From a bacterium (GTDB lineage: Bacteria; SM23-31), in the NCBI GenBank assembly GCA_965249485.1, contig OZ252239.1, positions 928,001 through 992,000 of the forward strand: a DNA stretch of 64,000 nt, in the 5' to 3' direction. The translations under genes were made by a program, and so were the position numbers. Below, in pieces: positions 42,988 to 52,217 of this stretch. Every line of letters begins with the position of its first letter. Position 1 is the stretch's first letter. Below the pieces are notes generated by a model. That model was not told the DNA's origin and made no database searches. It saw only the letters and a program-made list of their open reading frames with translations.

Positions 42988-43022
42988 TTGCTCTAAAATC
43001 CTTCAAAAGCTTAATCGCCACA

Positions 43023-44570
43023 CTACCAGGGTAACGGCGCAATTCGGGGGAGTTTTTCATCACGCATGGCAGCATGATACACAAAAGTCGCAAGAATGAC
43101 CACATTCGTCATCAGATTTTCGGGAACAAGACGGTCATAGACGTCCATATTCGAATGGACATTCATTTCCATATCCATCCTGTCCTGCAGAAAATAATAT
43201 CCTGGCAGGCCAACCTCAGCATATGCCTCATGAGCCATTCCGGTACTAAAAAGATGCGTCATTCCCAGGTTTTTAAGGGGTTTCATCCATTCGGTAAATA
43301 TTGACCTGACTACTTCGTTCGCCATGATGGATACACCCCGTATCTTACCACTGCCATGATCGACATTGAAATATGCGGAAAGATTCTCATAATCCTTCTT
43401 GTATTCCTTTTTTACCACGTCGGCAAAGTTGTTACGGACATGACTTCGATTGCCGAATGTACCCATTTCGTGTCCTCCCCAGAGTCCTATCCGAATGGTC
43501 CGGCGGGGTTTGATACCCAATTTTTTGAAAATGCGCACTGTTTCCATGGAAACCACCACACCGGCGGCGTCATCCGTCGCACCGGTTCCGGCATGATCGG
43601 CTTGAAGATGCCCACCTAATATTACAATTTCTTCTGCCAGGTCTGTGCCGGGTATCTCAGCGACAACATTGTAATCGTTTGGGTTCCCTCTGACAAAATT
43701 TACCCTAACCTGAACTTCCATCTCAACGGGAATGCTCTTTTCCAGTATGCGCAGTATCCTGTTATATTGTTCGGCTGCAATAACCAACTCCGTTGGATTA
43801 GGTGGGGAGTTTTCCTCCCACGGACTGGTTTCTAAAGTAAATCCAACAACTCCGGCTTCGACGGTTCCGAAGTCACGTCGCCCATCAGTGCGTACAATTG
43901 CCAGTGCACCTTCGTTTAATACAAATTCAATGATCTGCGTCCGGGAAAGTCTCTTTTTGCCGGATCTTTGTGCCCGCCGCTCTTCAGTGGCACGGGGACC
44001 AATGGGAATCTTCGCCATCTCATCAAGCTGATCATCCGTAAATTTTGTTGCTAACGGTTCATAATGTGGCGACAACTTCTGTATCGGTCTTGTGAATATA
44101 ATAGTATTTTGTAATTTTCCGCGGTATTGTTCCAAATCCACGTCAGAGGTGATCTCATCAAAATTAATGTAAACAACTTGCCCCCGTACTTTACCATTTG
44201 TGCCGGCAGACCACGGTGCAGGATAGGCGATGATCGGCATATATTGCGGAGCCGTCATGTGGACAGAAGTATATTTATTCTCCCAGCCAATCCCAAACTC
44301 GTACGGTTCCAATCGTGCATTTGCGAGACCATATTCTTCTAATTTATTTTTTGCCCATTCCGCGGCTTCAAAATATGCAGGTGTTTTCACATGCCGGGGG
44401 CCAAAAACGTCTGTGAGCCAACTGGCGTTCTCCATTACCTGGGAATGTTCGAATGCCTCATCCATGATTTTATTCACGATATCCCAGTAGACCGGTTCCT
44501 GTGCAGAAACAGAAGATACTACTATAAGCAGTATACATAGGCTTACTATAAAATTATATGGAGCTTTCAT
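43023..44570 (-). CDS. M28-family metallohydrolase, paralogue 7
   Basis: Start moved to MKAPY; GGHLQ, GATDD, WGGHEMG, VHSNMD. Confidence 0.85.
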   Translation of the reverse strand: MKAPYNFIVSLCILLIVVSSVSAQEPVYWDIVNKIMDEAFEHSQVMENASWLTDVFGPRHVKTPAYFEAAEWAKNKLEEYGLANARLEPYEFGIGWENKYTSVHMTAPQYMPIIAYPAPWSAGTNGKVRGQVVYINFDEITSDVDLEQYRGKLQNTIIFTRPIQKLSPHYEPLATKFTDDQLDEMAKIPIGPRATEERRAQRSGKKRLSRTQIIEFVLNEGALAIVRTDGRRDFGTVEAGVVGFTLETSPWEENSPPNPTELVIAAEQYNRILRILEKSIPVEMEVQVRVNFVRGNPNDYNVVAEIPGTDLAEEIVILGGHLQADHAGTGATDDAAGVVVSMETVRIFKKLGIKPRRTIRIGLWGGHEMGTFGNRSHVRNNFADVVKKEYKKDYENLSAYFNVDHGSGKIRGVSIMANEVVRSIFTEWMKPLKNLGMTHLFSTGMAHEAYAEVGLPGYYFLQDRMDMEMNVHSNMDVYDRLVPENLMTNVVILATFVYHAAMRDEKLPRIAPLPW

Positions 44571-44707
44571 TGTATAATTCCTCGTTGAGTTTATGTCATC
44601 AGAACATGTTGGATATTGTGCGAATAAATTCATCGGGATAGGCCGGAATCTGTAATTTATTCAATCTAGAAAAAGCGTATTTTCTCTCCTTTGTACCTAA
44701 AATCGCT

Positions 44708-46366
44708 TTAATCGGCATGGTGCAAACCTGCATAGGCAATACCGGTCAGACGATGCATATCATAGCTGAATGTGGAAAGATCTCTTTCATTGAATTTTCC
44801 AATATCATCATGTCCGCATGCGCGTGCTATTACTTTTATAAGTTCCGTTGCTGCATTGAAATAGTTATACAACTGTTGAGCCGATTTATCAATTTCCAGC
44901 CTGGCTCTGAGATGTTCTTTCTGTGTAGCAATACCAACGGGGCAATTGTTCGTATGACAAGCACGCATACCGAGACATCCAATTGCCTGTAGAGCCGCAT
45001 TTGATACAGCAACTGCATCAGCACCAAGTGCCAAAGCTTTCGCAAAATCGCCCGGAACTCTGAGTCCCCCGGTGGCGATGAGAGAAATTGACCGGGCACC
45101 TCTTTTATCACGGTGTCGTCGTGCCCGCGCTAATGCCGGTATCGTTGGTATGCAGATATTATCGTGAAGAACAAGAGGAGCTGCTCCCGTTCCACCACCC
45201 CTGCCGTCAAGAATAATATAATCAACGCCAATTTCAAGCGCATAATCAATATCTTCTTCTATATGACTTGCGGCAAGTTTGAACCCAACCGGTATTCCTC
45301 CTGTCTCTTCCTTTACTTTATCAGCAAATTGCTTAAAATCTTCTACATGCTTAAAATCAGGAAACGTAGCCGGTGAAATTGCAGCTTCGCCTTGTTTCAA
45401 TCCTCTTACCTCTGCAATTTCACGTGAGACTTTATGGCCTGGAAGGTGTCCACCAGTCCCGACTTTTGCTCCCTGGCCTCCTTTAAAATGAAACGCCTGG
45501 ACACGTTTTAATTTATCCCAGGAAAACCCGAACTGAGCTGAGGCAAGTTCGTAGAAATACCTGGAATTGTTGTGCTGCTCATCCGGCAGCATCCCTCCCT
45601 CACCGGAACAAATGCCTGTCCCTGCCATTTCAGCACCTTTTGAAAGCGCAATTTTTGACTCTTTCGAAAGAGCACCGAACGACATATCCGAGACAAATAG
45701 CGGTATGTTTAATTCAAGCGGCTTTTTTGCATTTGCACCGATAATGACTTTCGTATGTACGGTATCTTCGTCGAGGAGGGGCTTTGTAGCGATCTGCGCA
45801 GGCAGTATCTGAATATCTTCCCACTTCGGCAGTGTGTTTCGGTCAACTCCCATTGCTGCCGTCGGTCCATGATGTCCTGTTTTCGAGAGACCATTTTGTG
45901 CAAGGTTTTTTATGTAGAACGTATATGGCTCGGTTGATTCAGGGTGTGTGTCCGCATATTCGCCGAGATACTCATCCGGGTTAAAGGGAGATGGATGATC
46001 CTTCTCAAAATCTAATATAGACTGTTTGTCGGTATAAACATCCCCGTCATGAATAACCGCCGGAAACTTTTTAAGCACTTCTTTAGGATTGTATGCACTT
46101 ACTCCTGAATCATACCGATAGTCCCAATTGTGCACTCCGCAAATGAGGTTTTCACCATCAATATGTCCGTCGCACAGGAGAGCGCCCCTATGAAGACAGC
46201 GTCCGTATAGGACAGAAATTACTCCATCAAATTTTATAAGGACCAGATCGGTATTCTCAACTTTTGCGTGTGGCGGCTTCTTTTCTTCCAGATCTTCAAA
46301 GACGGCAATTTTGACCGGTTGGGCAAACATTTCAAACGTTGTTGACTTATTTATATTTTTGTCCAT
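44708..46366 (-). CDS. Rieske [2Fe-2S] domain fused to FMN-binding glutamate-synthase-family domain
   Basis: 'CLH...CGVH' Rieske ligands; 'SDMSFGALS', 'SGEGG', 'GQGAK', 'GCLGMRACHTNNCPVG'. Confidence 0.9.
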   Translation of the reverse strand: MDKNINKSTTFEMFAQPVKIAVFEDLEEKKPPHAKVENTDLVLIKFDGVISVLYGRCLHRGALLCDGHIDGENLICGVHNWDYRYDSGVSAYNPKEVLKKFPAVIHDGDVYTDKQSILDFEKDHPSPFNPDEYLGEYADTHPESTEPYTFYIKNLAQNGLSKTGHHGPTAAMGVDRNTLPKWEDIQILPAQIATKPLLDEDTVHTKVIIGANAKKPLELNIPLFVSDMSFGALSKESKIALSKGAEMAGTGICSGEGGMLPDEQHNNSRYFYELASAQFGFSWDKLKRVQAFHFKGGQGAKVGTGGHLPGHKVSREIAEVRGLKQGEAAISPATFPDFKHVEDFKQFADKVKEETGGIPVGFKLAASHIEEDIDYALEIGVDYIILDGRGGGTGAAPLVLHDNICIPTIPALARARRHRDKRGARSISLIATGGLRVPGDFAKALALGADAVAVSNAALQAIGCLGMRACHTNNCPVGIATQKEHLRARLEIDKSAQQLYNYFNAATELIKVIARACGHDDIGKFNERDLSTFSYDMHRLTGIAYAGLHHAD

Positions 46367-46471
46367 AGTATTCCTTTTTCTCTATTATGAATCCATATTT
46401 TCTATAGTAAATTTCAGAGCTGTACAGGTGCGCTCAAAATTTTGGTGCAGTGAAATTCAATGAAATTTCTT

Positions 46472-46555
46472 GAATGTCCTCAGAACAAGTTGAGCAATAT
46501 TTGTTAAAAATTCAAGCATGTTTTTAGTTTTTCCAAGTAATATTTTTCACTCCTT
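46472..46555 (-). promoter_or_regulatory. Dispersed promoter element, copy E (upstream box missing)
   Basis: gaat-gtcctca-gaac ... ttccaagt (TTGGAA 46531-46536) ... actcc. Confidence 0.6.
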
Positions 46556-46599
46556 TTACAGGGAGATAGCAGTCCGCTTACAGGGAGGTAGCAGTTCGG
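46556..46599 (+). repeat. Two tandem 22 bp direct repeats
   Basis: ttacagggagatagcagtccgc / ttacagggaggtagcagttcgg. Confidence 0.8.
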
Positions 46600-46792
46600 A
46601 TAACTCTCCTCCAGCATATATGTAGATAACAATGTAAACGTCACTTATCTGTTATGACGATTGTTACTGAATATTTTGAAGGGTTGAAGCGTCGAAAAAC
46701 TGGACAAAACCGATGTAGCATATATTAAAATTAAGACACAGGATATCTATATTAATAGAAAAATTATAATAATTTTCTTGACATTATAATAA

Positions 46793-46837
46793 TTTGACAT
46801 ATTTGACATAAATTACATAGTAGACATAATTTACGAA
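46793..46837 (+). promoter_or_regulatory. 9 bp tandem repeats overlapping a TTGACA-N16-CATAAT promoter
   Basis: tttgacata tttgacata aattacata gtagacata atttacgaa. Confidence 0.65.
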
Positions 46838-46917
46838 ACTCAATCCACGCATTTTCTAACCTGTGAAATAGTTACGGTCTTTGTGATATTTGTACACCTT
46901 ATACTCAAGAGAATGAT

Positions 46918-47484
46918 ATGATAAAAGATGTATTTACCATACCCGAAATTGCAGATATATGTCGGTTATCTCGCCAGACTGTTCATAATTGGATAAAAAA
47001 AGGATATTTGAAAGGATTCAGACCTGCAAAAAATGCAGTATGGAAAGTAACGAGAAAAGAATTAGTTTCGCATATGAAGGAACATGATATACCAATTGAA
47101 TTTCTTAAAGATGAAAAAATAAAAATTTTGATAGTTGATGATGAAGATTACGCTGCGGAATTAATGAAAGAACTCTTACGTGATGAAAAAGGATATTGTA
47201 TAGATAGTGCCAAATCAGGATTTAGTGCTGGATCAAAGCTGGAAATCTTTAGACCGGATGTAGTGATACTTGATATTTTTCTTGGGGATATAGATGGTAG
47301 AGAACTATTTAAACATATAAATGAACACCCTGAATTAAATCAAATAAAAGTAATTGGTATTTCTGGTAAACTTGGAAATAAAGAAATTCAACAATTATAT
47401 GATCTGGGATTTAAGGCCTTTTTACATAAACCATTTAAGAAAAAAGATTTAATCGAAACTATTTCAAAAGTTATTGAGAATTGA
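46918..47484 (+). CDS. Excisionase-like HTH (HTH_17) plus receiver-domain response regulator
   Basis: 'FTIPEIADICRLSRQTVHNWIKKG' followed by 'ILIVDDE...VILDI...KPF'. Confidence 0.88.
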   Translation: MIKDVFTIPEIADICRLSRQTVHNWIKKGYLKGFRPAKNAVWKVTRKELVSHMKEHDIPIEFLKDEKIKILIVDDEDYAAELMKELLRDEKGYCIDSAKSGFSAGSKLEIFRPDVVILDIFLGDIDGRELFKHINEHPELNQIKVIGISGKLGNKEIQQLYDLGFKAFLHKPFKKKDLIETISKVIEN

Positions 47485-47569
47485 TTAATCCCATTTATAC
47501 AATACTATTGCTCTAATTTTATATATAAACTAACATATTTAATAAAATCTGTTTGAAACGGCATTGCAA

Positions 47570-50192
47570 TTGAAAAAACCAGACTATATTGAATTAGAAA
47601 GACACATTAAAGAACTTGAAGATGTTGCCGTAAAAAATGAAAATTTCGCAAATAGTGTTATTAATTCCATGCATGACGGGGTTTTTGTTTTAAATAAAAA
47701 ATTCTGAATAGTGATAAAAAGCCCTGGGAGTTATTTCCTCATTTGAAGCAAGTAGGAATAGATAAAATAATGAAGCGTGCAATGAAAGGTGAAATAATTC
47801 AAAATAAAGAAGTTCCTTATTATTTACCCGACGGAAAAAGTGGATTCACGTCGGAGTCATATTTCCCTTTAAAATCATCAGAAGGAAGTATTAATGGAAT
47901 TATAGGTGTGATCAGTGAGATTACAAATCGGAAAACAGCAGAAGAAAAATTTAGAATTTTATCTGAAAAATCACCGAATATGATATTTATAAACCTGAAT
48001 GGTAAGATAGTCTACGTAAATGACAAGTGCGTAGAGATAATGGGTTATGAAAAGGAAGACTATTATGCAGCTGATTTTCAATTTTTATCTTTGATTGCAC
48101 CGGAATCCCAAAAGTTGGTAAAAACATTATTCAAAAAACATATTGGAGGTAAAGAAGTAGATCCATATGAATATAAGATTATAACAAAAAGTGGAAAAAT
48201 AATAGATGTAATTATTACAACAAAACTGATAGACTATGAAGGAGAAAACGCTATTCTTGGAATAGTGACTGACATTTCTGAAAGAAAAAAAGCAGAACAA
48301 GAATTAAAAGAAGCATTAAGTTGGTATGAGACAGTATTTAACGGTTCACTTGATCCTATAGTTATCACTGATTCAGAATCAAAACTTATATCAGTAAATG
48401 ATGCAACATGTACGAACTGGGATTATTCAAGAAATGAATTGTTGAATATGTACATTCAAGATTTACATGAAGACGTTGATTTGGAAGCATATAATATGTT
48501 TCATAAGAGGATTTGGAGTGGAGAAGAAATTGTGAGTGAAGCAAGAATCCTAAGGAAAGATGGAAAGAAAATTGATACGGAATTCACGAACAGATTAGTA
48601 TCCATAAATGGTACGAAATTCATGAATACGATTGCCAGAGATATATCTGAACGGAAGAAAACAGAGATAATGCTTCTTCAGTTATTTAGAGCAGTTGAAC
48701 ATAGCCCGGTTTCCGTTATTATTACAAATAAAAAAGGTGAAATAGAATATGTAAATCCTAAATTTTTGCAAATGTCTGGTTATACTACAAAAGAAGTTGT
48801 AGGTAAAAAACCAAATATCATGAAATCGGGTAGATACACAAATGACCATTATCAAAATATGTGGGATACGATAAATTCTGGTAAAGAATGGAATGGTGAA
48901 ATTCTCAACAAGAAAAAAGATGGCAGTTTCTATTGGGAAAATCTGTTAATATCTCCAATTTTAGATGATAATGGTACTATTGTAAATTTTATTGGAATAA
49001 AAGAAGATATTTCTGATAAGAAAAGAGCGGAAGAAGAAAATAAAAAGCTTGAAGAGCAGCTTTTCCATGCACAGAAAATGGAATCGATTGGGCGTCTTGC
49101 AGGAGGTATTGCACATGACTTTAATAACATCCTCGTAAGTATCGTAGGGTTTGCCGATTTATTGAAAATGAAATTTAATGATCCGTCAACGAGCGATGGA
49201 CGGGCAATTGATATAATAGCAAAATCTGCGGATAGAGCAGCAAAATTAGTCAGTCAACTTTTAGGATTTGCACGGGGTGGTAAAAATATAATAAAATCTA
49301 TCAATATTAATAATTTAATAGTAGAATCTATGAAAATATCAGAAAAGATATTCGAAAAAAAATAGAGATTATATATGAATTTGAGGAGGATATTTCAATT
49401 ATCGAAGCAGACGAAAACCAGATTAATCAAGTGTTGACCAATCTGATCATCAATGCAAAAGACGCTATGCCGAGTGGAGGAGAACTTATTTTCAAAACAC
49501 AAAATTGTTACCTGGATAAAGAAAATTCAGTTTTACTGCCAGAAATGTTACCGGGAAACTATGTGAAGGTTTCTGTTATTGATTCTGGAATAGGAATCTC
49601 AAAAGAAGCAAAAAATCATATTTTTGAACCTTTTTATACTACAAAAAGCTCTCAAAAAGGAACAGGCCTTGGATTGTCTATGGTATATGGCATAATTCAG
49701 AATCATAATGGATTCATTTACTGTGATAGTGAACCTGAATTAGGATCAGCATTTATATTTTATTTGCCTATATCTGAAAATGAGATTAAAGAGATCAAGG
49801 TCAAAGAATCTACATTAGTCAAAGGAGATGCAACCATTCTTTTAGTAGATGATGAACAATATGTACGAGTTTTATGTGAGACCATGTTGAAAAAATTGGG
49901 GTACAATATTATACTCGCTCAACATGGCAAAGAAGCTGTTAAGCTTTACAAGAAAAACAAGAAAAATATTAATTTAGTTCTGTTAGATATGATTATGCCG
50001 GGATTAGATGGTAGCGAAACTTTTAATGAATTAAAAAAAATAGATCCGGATATCAAAGTTGTCTTATCAAGTGGTTACACTAAAGAAGGACATATAGAAA
50101 ATGTTTTAAAGAATGGTGCTTTGGGTTTTATTCAGAAGCCATTTAAAATTAAAGATTTATCAAATATTTTAGCTAACGTTCTCATAATTTAA
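47570..50192 (+). pseudogene. Multi-PAS hybrid sensor histidine kinase (disrupted)
   Basis: TTG 47570 'KKPDYIELE..IKELE', TGA at 47705, apparent deletion in the first PAS, frameshift in the A8 run 49355-49362. HisKA 'GGIAHDFNN', HATPase 'KGTGLGL' and REC present. Confidence 0.85.
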
Positions 50193-50277
50193 ATTGTGTA
50201 TAGTTAACTAATAATTATGATTGGTATTAGCTCGATTATAAAAATTGTAAATGTAAATTCGAATCTTTGAGAATATT

Positions 50278-50668
50278 ATGAATCAATGTAAAGAATTATT
50301 AATAGTCGACGACGATGAACATGTCCGCACTTACATTAAAGAAATCGTGAAAATCAATTTACCTTCTTTGAATATCATAGAGTCAGATGATAGCCGAAAA
50401 GTTATTAACAAAGTATTAAACAATAAACCTGATTTAATACTTTTAGATATTATGATGCCTCACATGAATGGATTGGTAATTCTCAAAAAACTAAAAGAGA
50501 ATTTAGACAAAGACATTAAAAAAATTCCTGTTGTAATCTTAACCGCAGTTCACAACAGGGAAATTGATTTGCAGACGAAAAAGCTTGGTGCTAATAGATT
50601 ATATCTTAAAACCTTTTAATGAAAAAGTATTTATTCTGAAAATTAAAAGGTATTTAAAACTGTTATAA
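50278..50668 (+). pseudogene. Single-domain response regulator, frameshifted near C-terminus
   Basis: 'LLIVDDD...LLDIMMP'; removing one base at ~50596 restores 'GA.DYILKPF' and runs to TAA 50666-50668. Confidence 0.75.
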
Positions 50669-50908
50669 AGAGGAAAAAGTGATAAAGAAATAAGCCATGT
50701 AAAATTTTGAGTAAGTGTAGGTTTGTTTTGTGGGAAGTTACGTAGTTGAAAAAGTTGAATTTTGCTTTTACTAGATAATTGCTGAGAAATTCCGCTAATC
50801 CGAAATCTCTAACCAATCAAAAGTGTTTCTCAATAGTAAGTCAAAATCAATCTAAATTATTCCAAGAAATTATTTCAGTTTTTTGAATTAGATTCAGAGA
50901 AATAACTT

Positions 50909-51919
50909 TTACTGCTTACTAATTTGCTCAATCACCTCCATTCCACCAAGTTGTTCGGCATATTTTTCATAAATGGGTCGAACCTTTTGTCGAAAAGGCT
51001 CTATATCAACAGCGTTGAACTCTATTCCGGCATCAATCAGCTTTGCATTGGCTTTCTTGGCTAAGCTCTCTTCTGCTTCACGAGCTGTGATTGCCGCATA
51101 CATTCCTGCTTTTAAAATCGCAATCTGAACATTCGGTGGAAGCCCATCATACTTTTTCTGATTGAAAAAGAACGGAGCAGCTCCAATCATATGATGTGTT
51201 AATGAAACATACTTTGTAACTTCATAGAAATTTTCAAAATACAAATCTACTACACTGGTTTCCCCACCATCAAGAACTCCTTGTTGAAGCGCTGAATAAA
51301 ATTCTCCCCATGACATATTGGTTGCCTGAGCTCCAAACGCATTAAAGGAATCGAGTAATATTGGACTACCCATAACTCTGATTTTCAGACCATTAAAATC
51401 TTCCGGTGTGATGATTGGTCTTGTCGCATTCCATGTATTCCGTGTTCCAAAAGTCCAATAATTTAAGAATACGCTGTTCGTTTTCCTTTCGATGATTTTT
51501 CCAACCCATTTACCAACAGGACCGTCTAGAACACGGTAAAAATGTTCCAGATCATTAAATATGAATGGAAGGTTGAACAGCTCAATTTCCGAAACAAAAG
51601 GTGCCAGGTTACCTGCAGCAACTACGGTAGCATCAATTGTTCCGAGTCTAATCCCGTTAACGTGATCTCCTTCACTGCCGAGTTGAGCATTTGGAAAAAT
51701 ATTTACCTGGACGGTGCCATTCGTTTCTGCTTCGATGACTTCTTTGAATTTTTCCATTCCTTTAGCGTAGGGGTGACTTAAACTACTGTTTATCCCAACT
51801 TTCAGAAAAATCGTATCGGCTGAAGTTGTATCAGTTGCCTGATCATCGACGCTTTCACTACTGCAGAAAGTGAGAATAAACATCGGTACAATACAAAAAA
51901 TGATATATCGGAATTTCAT
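50909..51919 (-). CDS. dctP: TRAP transporter substrate-binding protein (DctP family)
   Basis: 'IFPNAQLG', 'NLPFIF', 'GLKIRV', 'ALQQGVLDGGE'. Confidence 0.9.
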   Translation of the reverse strand: MKFRYIIFCIVPMFILTFCSSESVDDQATDTTSADTIFLKVGINSSLSHPYAKGMEKFKEVIEAETNGTVQVNIFPNAQLGSEGDHVNGIRLGTIDATVVAAGNLAPFVSEIELFNLPFIFNDLEHFYRVLDGPVGKWVGKIIERKTNSVFLNYWTFGTRNTWNATRPIITPEDFNGLKIRVMGSPILLDSFNAFGAQATNMSWGEFYSALQQGVLDGGETSVVDLYFENFYEVTKYVSLTHHMIGAAPFFFNQKKYDGLPPNVQIAILKAGMYAAITAREAEESLAKKANAKLIDAGIEFNAVDIEPFRQKVRPIYEKYAEQLGGMEVIEQISKQ

Positions 51920-52030
51920 AATAGTCCCAGTTTTATCTTTAATGAGAATACAATTAGAATTTGTGATGAAAATTGACGCTCATTCAAATTGTCAATTTGA
52001 TTCATCGCGGTTTGTACTTATTCACGCAGT

Positions 52031-52130
52031 GTACGTTGTCAGAACACGTTGGACAGTATCCTCATAAATTAAGAGATTCATTTTATTTTTCCAAGTGATA
52101 TTTACTCCTCGGGCTGTACGATTTGCGAAC
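52031..52130 (-). promoter_or_regulatory. Dispersed promoter element, copy F
   Basis: gtac-gttgtca-gaac (52031) and gtac-gatttgc-gaac (52116) flank TTGGAA (52089-52094)-N17-TAATTT. Confidence 0.75.
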
Positions 52131-52217
52131 AATCCAATTAGAATTTGTATTGAGCTTTTATTGCTCGAACATACCATGAACAATTAAAACAGACTTTATC
52201 TTTCGTACCAATGATCC

